Shown here: one piece after another, positions 12,236-24,583 of the stretch
Layout of the letters: each line of letters starts with the position of its first letter
Numbering within the stretch: position 1 is the stretch's first letter
NCBI RefSeq assembly: GCF_036321535.1
Contig: NC_087436.1
Coordinates: forward strand, 6,944,001 to 7,008,000
Source: Camelus dromedarius
Taxonomy: Eukaryota
Length of the DNA stretch: 64,000 bases
Reading direction: 5' to 3'
Made by a program: the position numbers and the translations under genes
The notes under the pieces: model-generated
What the model saw: only the letters and a program-made list of their open reading frames with translations
Told to the model about the DNA's origin: nothing
The model's database searches: none

Positions 12236-14086
12236 AGGATTAAATTTAACCAAAGCAGTGCAAGACTTGTACACTGAAAAGTACAGAGTATTCCTGAAAG
12301 AAATTAAAGAAGGTCTAAGTAAATGGAAAAACGTCCCACGTCGTGGGTTGGGAGACTTAATATTGTTATGACAGTCGTGCTCCCTGAGTTGATCTACAGG
12401 TTCAGTGCAACCCTTGTTAAAACCCCAGCTGGCTTGTTTGCAGAGATTTACATGCTGATTCTAAAATTCATACAGAAACACAAGGCACCCAAAACAGTAG
12501 AAGAAGGTTGGAGAACTCACAGTTTCTGATTTCAGGCTTGCTGGAGAGCTGCACAGAGGAGGCAGTGTGGGGCTAGCGGGAGGGTGGACGCACAGACCAG
12601 CAAAGTAGATCTGCGGGTCCAGACATCGGCACCCACAATACGGGCAACTGATTTTCACCGAGAGTGCAGCTCAGTGGGGAGCACTCGTATTGTCAACAGA
12701 GGGAGATGGGGCAGCTGGACATCGCATGCAAAAGAATGAAGTTGGCCTTTGACCTTATGTTATGTGGAAAATAATTCAAAATGAATCCTAGACCTCAATA
12801 GAAGAAGCAGCTATAGAAGAAGCACTTCTAAGAAAAGATGTTAGTAAATCTCGGTGACCTTGGATTACATGATGGTTCCTTAACAGTGACTCTAATTGCA
12901 TAAACAAAACAGGAAAAATAGATAAATTGGGCTTCGTCAAAATTAAAAACTTTGTGCTTCAAAGGGTACCATCCAAGAAAGTGAAATGACAGCCCAGGGA
13001 ATGGGAGGAAATATTTGCCAATGATACATCTGAAAAGAGCCTTCTATGCAGAATACATAAAGAATTCTTTAAGTGGAAAAATAAAAAGACAACCCAATTA
13101 AAAAATAAACAAAGCATTGAATAGCTATTTACCTAAAGACGTTGTATAAATGACCAATAAGCAGATGAAAAATGGTCTGCATCCTTCGTCTTTAGGGACA
13201 TGCAGAGCAGCTCCACAATTGGACGCCACTTGGAGCAAAGCTGGGAAGGCTGAAATAAAAAAAGGCAGATGTTAGTGCTGACAAGGATGTGTGTGGAGAA
13301 ATTAGAGCTCTCGTACGCCACTGATGGGGTTATAAATGATGTAGCCACTTAAGTAAACAATGTGGCAGTTCCTTAAACAGCTAAACGCAGAGTTAGCAGC
13401 AAGTCCACCCGCTGGTATATACCTATGAGAACTGAAAACGGCTGTCCTAACAGAAACTCACGCGTGAGAGTTGTAACAGCATCATTTACACTTGCCCCAA
13501 AGTAGGAAAAATCCAGATGTCCATCTGTGGGTGGGTGGGTAAGCACAATGTGGCGTACCTCTGCAAAGGAGTGTTATTGGGCAGCAGAAGGGGAAAAGTG
13601 TTATAGGCTACGAGAGACACGAACCTGGAAGATGCTGTGCTGAGTGAGAGAAGCAAGTCACAAAGGGTCGTAAATTCCATTGTGGGATTCCGTTCACACA
13701 GAATGCCCGGGATAGGCAAATCCACGGAAACAAAGTTGACTAACAGTTGCTAGGAGCTGGGGGAAGGAAGGATGAGGAACGGGTGCTGATGGGAGCAGTT
13801 TTTTGGTGGTAAAAGTGTTCAGGGATTGTGATGGTGATTATACACTAAAAGCAAAGCACTGAATTTTTCACAGGTGATGAGTCTTGAGTCCTAGCCTCCC
13901 TGGCACCCCGGGAGAGGAGCCCTGAGCCCCACCCCGGAGAGGAGGGCACAGCTGGCCAAGCCAGCGGACGTGGGAGGGGCGCGTGCACCGCTGGGGTGGG
14001 CTGTGTGCAGTGGCTCAGCGCTGCTGTGGCCTCCTGCCCCCCCCCCAAAAGGTGTAGATTATATCTCAATAGAGCTGTTATTTTAA
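12236..14086 (+). mobile_element. Old, decayed L1 (L1MA/L1MB-like): 3' ORF2 plus 3' UTR, interrupted at ~13877-14050
   Basis: ORF2-like peptide remnants (track 12323..12529: WVGRLNIV...LPELIYRFSA...ILKFI) and terminal motif gattatatctcaatagagctgtt at ~14057-14079. Many stops and frameshifts. Confidence 0.85.
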
Positions 14087-14925
14087 GGAGGAGGATAATT
14101 TTACAAATTTCGTAAAATATGTTTGTTTTCGACTTTGCTTAAGATTTGGGGGAGGAGTAGATATCTACTCAAATTCTTGATGTCACAGGTTGCTAGATAT
14201 TCATTTATTGGAGCCTTAAAATACGAATTCCTGCACACCTGACATTTATATACTATTGTACCTCAGCTATACCTTAATTTAAAAAAATACCGATTCCTTG
14301 CTGGCTTGTCGTATAAATGAGTGTAAACAGGACTGGGAGTTTTTAACCTGTTCTAAACTTTCACGCATAGCTTTGAGTCTTTTTCCTATGCGTTGCAATG
14401 TGATCTAGAAACACAAGGCCTGTCTCTCATTTTTAAAAGAGGATATTTAAATTTGAATATTTCCACATATGAGAAATGTCATTTGGTGAAAATTGAAAAA
14501 AAAAAGTGAATTCATGCTCATGTTTAAGAGTTCATGAGATAGCATGGATTAATTTTTATCTTGACTAAGGAAATAATTTAATGATGGAATTGGCAAATAT
14601 TTATACTTTAAAAGTTAAACTTTACATGTGACATTTTGATGTTAAAGGCAGAAAATAGGTGATAACAACTTATGAGGAATTTATTTTCATAAGTTTGAGC
14701 CCATTTATTTCATATTTTAATATCTTTTGTGTGTGTCCCAAAGGCAGTTGTAGCTGATGGATGTTTGTACAGTTCAGCGTTTCCCTTAATGTTTTTTCTT
14801 TTTAATGTCTAAGACCACTTGTATTTAAAGAAAGCTACCTTTAATTTGGTCTGTAAGTATAATGACTTATTTTAGAAGTCTCTTTTCCTGACAAGTCTAA
14901 TTATTTCTGTCCTTTTTTCAAACAG

Positions 14926-14996
14926 GATCTGGAAATAGTGTATTCCTACTTGCATGGTATGGAAGCCTTATCGAACCTGCGGGAGCATCAGCTGAG
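14926..14996 (+). CDS. RAPGEF2: RAPGEF2 coding exon (first in window, probably exon 2 of the long isoform); 71 nt, DLEIVYSYLHGMEALSNLREHQL(R)
   Basis: Pyrimidine tract + aacAG acceptor, AG|gtgagc donor. Peptide recognised as RAPGEF2 N-terminal region. Phase 0 in, phase 2 out, compatible with the next exon. Confidence 0.96.
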
Positions 14997-15018
14997 GTGA
15001 GCCACTGTAAGATGAACA

Positions 15019-15369
15019 CTCATATGTGGGATCAAAGGAAAAAATAAAAGAAGGCAAATGAACTTAAATATAAAATTACAGAAACAGACTCATAGACATA
15101 GAATACAGACTTGTGGTTGCCGGGGGGAGAGGGGTGGGTAAGGACAGACTGGGAGTTCGAGATTCTTAGATCCTGACAGGTATATATAGAATAGATAAAC
15201 AAGTTTACACTGTATAGCACAGGGAAATACAGTCAAGCTATTGTAGTAGCTTATGGTGAAAAAGAATATGAGAACAAATATATGTATATTGATGTATGAC
15301 TGAAACATTGTGCTGTACACCAGAAATTGATATAACATTGTAAACTGACTATAACTCAATTTAAAAAAA
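15019..15369 (+). mobile_element. Young 5'-truncated L1 (3' UTR only) with target-site duplication
   Basis: A-rich tail; flanked by AAGATGAACA at 15009-15018 and 15370-15379; homologous to the reverse complement of ~39030-39365. Confidence 0.9.
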
Positions 15370-17544
15370 AAGATGAACAGTAACAGGATGCTAGAATTTT
15401 ATATGATCATTTATTGTCATTTAGAAGTAGGATTAAAGATAAGTTATGAAAACACTGACTCATCCAGTGTCCATACTTGGCCCTATAAGGTATACCCACA
15501 GAACTTTTTGACATTTCTGCCATAGTGATAACCTCTCCCCTCCCCTGGCCCTCCCCCTCGCCCTCCCCACCTAAAGTGAGGAACACCACTTGGTGAATAT
15601 ACCAAAAAATGGAGCATTATTTGCCGTCCTGGCAAATACAAATCTACTTCTTAGTGCGCAGATACTTAAGAAACCAGAATGTTCCTAACTCTTCAAAGAA
15701 TGATCCAGCTCACTAGTGTGGTGTGTTTTAGATCTCTGTGTGCAGTATGTTCATTGTGTGAGGCTGACTGCCCTTTTCTGGGAAACACAGTTTACACCAC
15801 AGTTGTTTTTTTACAGTCCACACATAAAAATCTCATCACTTCTACTCTGCGGTGGTACAGCAGCCTTGTTTATGGTTATCTGGGGTTAAATTAAAAAAAT
15901 CAAAAACATCTTATATAATGCAGTGATTTTACCCTAACTGGAACAGAAAATAAAGGACCTTGGGAAGATGGATTTACGTATAAAGACCAACTAGGACGTC
16001 ATGGGAAGGGTTGATTTCCTCCAGCTCCTGCTAGTTTTAATAGCAGCAGGCTCTAATTATGAAAGGGGTGCTTTTTCTGTGTATTTCCCCTTTACTGTTT
16101 AAACACTAATTAATTTGTGAGCATGTCAGTTTCCTGTTAGTTGTTAAGTGATGAAGTGTCAAGAGGATTAAATGCTCCTAAGATTAAATTTTTAATGAAA
16201 CTAATTTAGATTAAAGTAGATTGTGGGTTAAGTGTTTAAAAATTCAGGCAAGTTTTATTAGAAAGGGCAACACCATTGGGAATTTAGAAGATGGCTCAAA
16301 TTAAAGCAACAATAATTTTCAAAGTGTCTTTCATTTTATGTTTTTGATGACAGCTGTCTTAAGAAAAAATTGTGCCACCAATTGTCTGTCTAACTGAACG
16401 AGGTTAATCTGCAAATGCAGATTTATTAATATGCAAATGTGTGTCATTGCCATGTGCACAAAATTTAAGTGTATTGATTATATAATGTGTCTATAGTATA
16501 TGTGGCTATAAAACTATTTAGGTAATAGTAATTCTACGCAAGAGAAAAAGGAAAACTTTAATGCATCTTATGCAAATTTTCAAGATTACAGAGGTAGAGA
16601 CAATACACTGAAGTCTCGTATGCCCACCAGCCAGCCTTAGAACCATCACTTTTCTGCTGTTTCAAAGGTTAATTTTGGTTAGAAATAATTGATTACTTCC
16701 ACAGTGTAGGTTAGTGTGTCCACACCTTCAGAAGTGTGTTCTGGAGACGCTTCAACGTTGTGGGCGTGAGCTTACAGGGAGGCTCCTGTGGGACGTTTAT
16801 TTGGCTTGTGTTGAAAAGTCATTTCTGTCTCATATTTATGGAAAACATCAGCCAAAAGTAATGTAAGTCCTTTTTTAGGAGAAGATCAGGGTATCAAAGC
16901 GAATCATAGCAAGAAAGGAAGTGCAGATAAATTCAGTGACTTGGGTGAATGCTTTGTCATAACTACCATTTCTGGGAAAAAATACATTTTATTTAGATGA
17001 GTTATTTTCCTTGGATTTTATAAATAGAAGTTTTACCCTTGGGATTAATGGAGAGCAGTTAAGACTTCCACATAATGCAGTTTTCTAATTTTAGAAAAAA
17101 AAAGCAGCTCCGAATCTAGACTTTCAAAGTCTGTTTATTCAGTGCTGGGCAGTGGCACAGTGGTCTTCTTGGCAGAGGGGGCGGCTTTTTTCTTTGAAAG
17201 CCCTGCTCCGTGCCCTGTGGGGCCCCCCACGTGCAAGCCGTGCACTGATCCTGAGCAGTTTCTGATGTGCCGTCAGTCGGCCGTGTGGCTGTTGAGAGCA
17301 CACACTCTGTGCCTTGTAAAGATGTTCAGATCTTCACTTAAAAACTATGTTTTTTTCCATACAGCATTATTTTTGTAATGTTTACTCCCTTAATCCACGT
17401 GAATTAGAAGCAGCATATTTACCAGAGGGGAGGAGAACACCCCAGTTAGGAGTGGAAGCCAAAACTATGCCGAGCAGAGGAGCTGCTTGGGGCCATTCAG
17501 AGCTGGAAACAAGAAGCGGCTGGACTCCGTCTCTCACAGATGTT

Positions 17545-17554
17545 CACACACACA

Positions 17555-17585
<31 letters not shown>

Positions 17586-17600
17586 GCGCCCACACACACG
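17545..17600. repeat. Compound microsatellite (CA)13(CG)9 CC (CA)4 CG
   Basis: Read directly from the sequence. Confidence 0.95.
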
Positions 17601-17719
17601 ATCATGATGAATATACTCTAGGAATTCAGGGAACATCAATAGGCTTTTGATAAAACGTTCCCTAACAATGTTGAAAGACAAAAAGGCGTTTTGGTACTTT
17701 CTGTTTATTTGGAGCCTCG

Positions 17720-18240
17720 TCATGTGGACGACTTCACGCTTTTCTGACGGCACTGGTGAGAGGCACTGGTGGGGTCGCCCGTTCTGGTGGCATGCCCGCG
17801 GTCCGCTAGACGCAGCAGGGAGAGGGGCCGCCCGCCACCCCGGAGCTGGTTCCTCGTGGGCGGGCGAGACCTAGGTGGACAGGCCGTGTCGTTGTGCTCG
17901 TGTGTTGGCGTGCTGGGCAGTGGAAGACTGGGCGCTGGGCTGCTTCGACTCTGTGGTCGAAAGGAGGTACCGTCTGAGTGGCATAGCTGGGCAAAGGTCT
18001 TCGCAGCACCGATGGGTCCTGGAGGCTCTGCGGTGGGAACGGGCTCGGCGCGGTCGAGCGAGCGTAGGATGCTGTGTGCAGCCGGCAGTGCGGGACTCTG
18101 CGGTCCAGGACGGGGAGTTGGGATTTCCTACTGCAGGCAGTGGGGATTCAGAGTAGAGGGGTGTGATGCTGTGACTCCGTGTCTGTGTGCATGGTCCGGG
18201 TGAGAGGTGGTCGTGAGTTGTCGCGAGTTGTCGCTGACTC
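17720..18240. promoter_or_regulatory. CpG-rich patch (possible internal promoter)
   Basis: Visibly high GC and CpG density relative to flanks; not computed. Confidence 0.4.
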
Positions 18241-18259
18241 AGGCTGGTTTTCACGGGCA

Positions 18260-18720
18260 GATGGTGCACTTGGTCAGTCGGGAGGATGCATTTGGGAAAC
18301 AGGAGTGGCCAGAGGGTGAGATGTGACGAAAGCAGGAGTTAGGGACTTGACTCCAAGTTGGTTTCTGGTCTAAACAATTGGATTCTGATTGTGGGAAAGC
18401 AGATCATTGGGGAAGAAGCTCAAGGTCTGTCTTGGACGTTTGAACATGAATTGGCTATTACACGGCCAGGAGTAGTTGTTGAGATGAGTGGGTGTCACGG
18501 TGAGAGGTTAGGGGTGGGGCGTTGCCTCGGCAGACATCAGTTTATGCATTAAATGTAAAACCACAGACTGAGTGAGGTCATGGGGTGCCGAGGGGAAGAG
18601 GGCTGATGGTCCCTGGAGACGGGTAATCTTTAGAAACCAGGAGACTTAGAGAAGGTGATGCTCTAAGGAAAAGGAAGTCATCGAATGCTGCTGAGACGTG
18701 GTATTAATACAAGATCAGAA
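18260..18720 (-). mobile_element. Degenerate L2-like remnant
   Basis: Purine-rich sequence with motifs typical of antisense L2 (gactccaag..tttctggtctaaacaattgg; ttggacgtttgaacatgaattg). Confidence 0.5.
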
Positions 18721-20151
18721 AAGATTTAGGTAACAGGACGCTGGTAACTTTTAGAGATTTTTCTTTGAGTTTCAAGGCCCAAATGATGGAGGAGTAGGAG
18801 GAGGGTGAGAGAGTGGAGACAGAGTATGTAGGCCTCTGTGAAGGGTGAGCTTCTGTCCCTGGAAAAGCAGAATTGGGCAGTAGCTGGAGGGGACGTAGGG
18901 TCAGGAGTGTCCCTCCTCTCAACAATAGGTGATTCCAAGGTGTGTTTCTGTGTTACAGGCGGAGATACGGGGGGAGGGAGAAGTGGCTGGTGGGGAGCAG
19001 TGTGCTGGCAGGAGCACAGGGTCCACCGCAGAAGGAACGAGATCCAGGGAAGAGGCAGAGCCTGCTACATGATTTAAGACCCAGGACTTTCCGACCCATT
19101 ACTTGTGTCTGTCATCCTCTCTTGTGAAGAATGAGTATGATTCGGTCCGTGAAAGAAAGCTAGATGATGTGGATTTAAGGTTTGCTGCTGCCTTCTGGAG
19201 TTAGTGACATTCAGGTGGTATGTGTCCAGGACGGGACTGAGAGGATAAGGGGGGTCTCTAAGGTGGGATGAGAAGAGCAGGGCCAGAGAGTTGTCTTCAA
19301 GTGAAGAGGCAACAGTGTGTGGCACGCGTTGGATTTTGCAGACAGAGGGAAGGTGGCCGTGTTGATAGCAGTGTGTCACAGGCCGGGGGCTGGAGCCCCG
19401 CTGACCAGGACGGAGGTGCTGTTGAAACCACCACTTCTGCAGCCGCCTCTTCCATTTACTAGTGCCTCCATGAGAAGGAAGGGTTATTTCCTCTTTGGCG
19501 TGTCTGTGCTTTTGGGAAATTTTACTTGGGCTTATAATTGGATGCTTTTGGAAGATGCTGTTTTTGAGATAATTTTAAATATTTAAACATTGATTCATGT
19601 TTTCCGTAACTTTCATGATTTTTTCCCTCAGGGGTGAATCAGCTGAAATGACATCTTTAAGTTGGAATGCCTCCGTTTGGTCGTCAGCCATACCAGTGCT
19701 GCCTTTAATACAAGCCTACTTTTGTCTGAAATTCCGTGCTGTTAAGTCACATCAGTGTTGACCTGCGAATGACGTTACCACTTTTTAAATGAATAGGTTT
19801 TCCTTTCTAATTTTTAGGTTCCTTCTCATTTTCTGTTTACCTTGGAGAACATTAATTTTTCCACATGTCATTTACAAAATATAAAACACATACAATTTTG
19901 TTCCCTATAAAATAAACATGGTGAAGTTGACGTCCAACAAAATGTTTCTTTGTTAGCATAAAATTTACCAGATTTTATTTTATTTTGTTAACCGAGGCAC
20001 CAAAAATACTTGTCTTGAGGCTAATAAATGATTGTGACTATTCATATAAGTTTATCTTCACTTTCTACGGCATGTCTCATTTACACTCGTAAACTGTTTG
20101 TCTGTTTTTTCATGACAGATGTTGACCTCATGTCTATTTTTTGTTTTACAG

Positions 20152-20208
20152 ATTGATGTGTGAAACTGTGAGATACGAAAGACATGAAGCAAATGAAGTT
20201 TTGTACTA
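20152..20208 (+). CDS. RAPGEF2: RAPGEF2 coding exon; 57 nt, (R)LMCETVRYERHEANEVLY(Y)
   Basis: ttttttgttttacAG acceptor, TA|gtaggt donor. Phase 2-2, continues the frame. Confidence 0.96.
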
Positions 20209-22404
20209 GTAGGTGCTTTTTCCTTTTTGTACATTGTGTGGTGCAGCAACTAAATGATTTCCTCAAAGTACAGAGAAGCTTTAGGAACAGCTGGCCACGT
20301 CAGCAATGCCTTAATTCTGCATTAACGTTTATTTCCTAATTCAGGGCTGGGAAGCATCTCGGCTGCTTGCCGTCACAAAGGGAGAGTTTACAGGCCTTGG
20401 CTGATAAGTTCTCGTCTGTACCTGTGTCTCCCTGATGTGTGGTTCCGAGATGCTGTTTCACATGATGGGGCATTTTGACTTTTATCATCGTGGAATGAGA
20501 AATAGTGCATAGTCTTTCCAACAGGACAGAATACATGTTCTCACGACCACGCCAGATGAGACGTAATGATAGCGTCAGTGTCCTGTGTCAGCTCGTCTCT
20601 CTTTTAGAAACAGGCAAATAAGCTGCCCGCGTCTCTTTGGGTGTAGTTTCTTCTTTAAACGATGATGCTATTTCTTTCAAGGTGTGTAACGTACGCCTTG
20701 AAAAAATGACAGCTGACTTTTTAAAGAACGCGGTGAGCGCTCAGCAGGTGAGCGCTGGTGTGCTGAGGGCGTGGGCGCTGTGATCTGCTGGGCCTCTGTG
20801 TGGTCACTGCTGTTTGCCGTGAGTGACTGTTGTTCTGTTGACTTTCCTTCCTGGTTTTCAAAGCACTTACTAAGTAATTACTGCTTTCCGTGCAAATTAT
20901 AGGGAATATTTATTGAAAAAAATAAAAAACAGCTTCTGCCTTTAAGGAGGCTCTAATCCTTTGTGGTGGGGGTAGAAATAGGGAAAAAAAAAAAAAAAGG
21001 AAAACCAGAAGAAGAAGAAATGCTAAGGAACCAGAATAACTGGGGGTTGGGGTCAGGGGTGAGTGCAGGGGGGCTTCAGGAAGATGGGGAGGGTCTCGGA
21101 GATGAGGCCCTTTGAACCAGGGCTCAGAGTGTGTCTGGGGGCCTAGAGAGACCGCCCGGGCAGGAGGGACCGTGTGCTGGGACTCAGGAGGTGAAGGGGC
21201 CTGGCCTGGTGCTGTGAACGTTCTGGCAGGTTTGGCGTGAGCAGCGGGTGGTGTGTGGGCCGGGGAAGGGGGCAGGCGACTGTCACACTTGCTTGTGAGT
21301 GTGTCGTTCAGAAGTCATTCTCGAGTCTTGTAGGCAGCTGGAAATGAGTGGCTTCCCTCTTGCATTACATTTGATTATGGAAGTTTCCGGGTGTTGGCAG
21401 CATTGGGACGGCTGACTAACAGTTCCCTGCCCCATGCACCCGCTGCCAGCACTGTCCGCGGACGGCCGGTGCTGGCTCGCCTCTTACCCAGCTCCCAGCC
21501 TCCAGCAGACGGGTTACCGCGCGGGAAATCCAGATGCCTCCCTTCACCCTGACTTGCTACACTAGGTGTCTTATCTGTAAAAGAGAAAGGCCTTATCACA
21601 AACTTAATAACTCTTTAATATCATGAAAGTATTCCCATTTCCTTGCCTCAGAACATTTTTGGCACACTTTGTTCATTGGTTGATATCTTAAGTCTCTTAA
21701 TCTGTAGCTGGGTGGTCCATTTTCAAGGAGCAAAATGATGGATCAGATGCCTCCGAGCCCCCCTCGTCCCTCAAAAGATGGTCTTCCTGGAGCACAGAGG
21801 GTGGGTTAGGCGGAGGGGATGGGCAGGGAGGTCTGGGGGGGGTCTGCAGGAGTCTGAGGTTGCCACGCTGCAACTGGGCAGAGGTGGAGGAACGGGGCTG
21901 GGTCAGGATGGACTTTAGCAGAAGACGTGGGTGGATCTGAGCTAGGATGATTCTTTGGCTGTTTAGCAGGCGGTTGTAAGTAATCTTCTGGGGCTTAGAA
22001 AACATACATCAAATGTGGAAGAATTGTAAATAACCAAGACATAACTGGTAATGAGAGAACCAAGGCCAAATGCACTTGACGTATTTATTCTTGAAGGAAT
22101 GAAGATGTAAATAACTTGGAATCTTCTGTTTTAGGAGCAATGAAAAGCCATCAGTGGAATGGGTGTACTGATGGCAGGGTGGGAAATCTCCGGAGAATAT
22201 TGCAGACATTTACTTTAGCAGTCGAGTGCCAGCAGGCATCAGCTTTGTATTATTTTGTCCCTTCCCCCTGAATCATGGTTTGGGGTGGTGGTGAAGAGGT
22301 ACCAGCAGGCACTTAACAAGCACGCCCTCCGTCCCATACTCGAATCCGTGCCTCCTGTGCCTTGATCTCCTCACCCCTTGTGGCTGTCTTGGTGGTAGAT
22401 GTTA

Positions 22405-22510
22405 CCATCACCCCGTTTTGCAGGTGAAGGCACTGAGGCTTGGAGAGGATGAGGAACTGACCCAGGGTCTCTCTGCTCAAAGCGGGGTCTGGGTTTGGGC
22501 CCAGATGTTG
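22405..22510 (-). mobile_element. MIR SINE core
   Basis: ccccgttttgcaggtgaaggcactgaggcttggagagg matches the reverse of the MIR core. Confidence 0.7.
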
Positions 22511-23414
22511 TAGTTCTGCAGCCCTTGCTGTTACCCAATCCCCAGCATTTCCCAGCCGCCTTCATGCCATTAAAAAGGATGCTGTGTGCTGACGGGGTAA
22601 GGACCACCTCTCCCATGGGGCCGGCCTTCCCAAGGGCTGCTGGTGGCAACTGAAGCCCCTCAGCTGTTCTTCCTGCATCTTCCCAGCTTCCCAGACCATT
22701 TATTATTCATGTAAATGGAAGTTCAATTGCAGTGTTTTAAATATACCTGCTTTCTTCTTCCTTTTTTTTTTTTTTTTTTAGAAGTCAGGCAGTGAATGTG
22801 AGCTTTGCATCATCAGCATTGCTCACATGTCTTGGCTAATACTAAATCGAACGCATCAGGCTGCAGCCCGCAGTTAGACTTGACTGTAGTAATTGCTCAT
22901 TGGTGACTAATCAGAGTTAGGTGGCCGTGTCAGTAAGCCGTGAAACGTCTACGTTTCACATAGATGGCGGTTTCGTAAGACCAGAAGTTTCCAGAGACGG
23001 ATCATAGATTCACTTAATCAGATTCCCAGTCTTTGGCCAATCTTGTGTTGAAGGCTAATTGAAGAGTCTTCCTCCGTGATCCTTGAACAGACACGTCTCT
23101 GCTCTTAGCAGTCTGTGTGAGTGTACTTCCGAAAAATCAGACACGGCTTGTGTTTGCGGTGGGTATGAATCTGTGATGGCGGAGTAGCACCACCCCTCTC
23201 TGGGGACCTGTTGTTGTTACCGCCTGGGGGAGATGGCCAGTCTATTCCTGTCCTCCCTGGAGCTCAGAGAACGCAGTGCAGTCGGAAAATCAAAGACCTT
23301 CAGAATTTGGTTTTACGGCCCAGAGATGAGTATTCATTTTCCTTGTTGTGTTGTGTGCTGGTGACTTCTAAGCCTGTGATTTTAACAGTTGCACCAGGTG
23401 AATATAATTCTCCT

Positions 23415-23510
23415 TTGATCCACCTCTGCACCTCGTTTTTCTCACCTGTAAAATGGAAGCAGTGGTCACAGCGCCCGCCCCTCCGTGCAGCTGTGAGGCT
23501 GAGGGACAGA
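23415..23510 (+). mobile_element. MIR SINE core
   Basis: cctctgcacctcgttttttctcacctgtaaaatgg...gctgtgagg matches the MIR core. Confidence 0.65.
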
Positions 23511-24583
23511 CATGTCTGTTGCCCACATCACTGCCACTGCATATCCATTGTTTTGGTAATTTACGTTTTGTTCTCCCAGTTTTTCTAGCTGCTTGAAACG
23601 TTTTTTTTTTTTTTAAAAGGAGTAAGGGCAGTGACTGTAACTCCCACAGTGTTACTGTTTCAACCTACACAGGATGACAGAATGCCATTTTAAATTGTAT
23701 TGGGATCCAGGAAGAGATGTGGTTCTGAGAGAATTGACTTTTTCGAGTTTGGAATTGCCTATGTAGAACCTAGAATTTGTTGACACTGGAGAGTTAGATA
23801 AAATCAGTTGAACTTTATTTTACACCGTGGAGAGCACCAGGCACCTCTGCCTGCCTTTCATTTGTTGTCTGCTTCGCGGAGGGGCGTTGCTGGCTGGGAA
23901 GTTCTAAGTGGAATAATAGACATTTCAAACCAGAGGGACTTTAATTCAGAGAGCTCTTTCTTCAAGAATTTAAGCAATGAGGTTAACAGGTCTGTCCTTT
24001 CTCTTTACTTTTTCTTAAATGGCCAGCCATCCTCACCATTTCAGTTTCATCTATAGTTGCATTTAAAGTGCTGGAAACCTTTGGGTCAGAAATTCAACCA
24101 CTGGACTTGTGGTTTTAGAGTGTGCACACACACACACACGCACACGCAGCTACACTATAGTACGTGTCCGGCTGAACCGCAGCCCCTTCCCCACACATGT
24201 GTGGGGCGGGATGCTTTGGTTCTGGAACAGTTTCCATAGCACTTGGTTAAGGGGCTTATCTCCCCTCCCTGCAGGACAGGAGGTAGCTCCTTTATTTTAA
24301 AAAGCCACACTGAGGTCTGTTGAGCCTCCTCAGGCCTTTCGTTTCCATCCTTCGACCTGTGGCCCCCAGGCCCCACTGCAGCACCCACTCTGCCTGGCGG
24401 GCTTCTCGCTCGGGGACTTTGATTTCCTGTGCATAACAGCTGTCCCCGGTCCTCACTTCTCTGCTGGGCGACCCGCCTCTATGCCTCCCTCCATGCTCCC
24501 CTCCTCCAGCGGCCTTGCCCCACTTTGCTTCGGTTCTCAGACTCCCCGGGTTTCCTGTGGCCACGCTTCCCTCCGGTGCCTCC

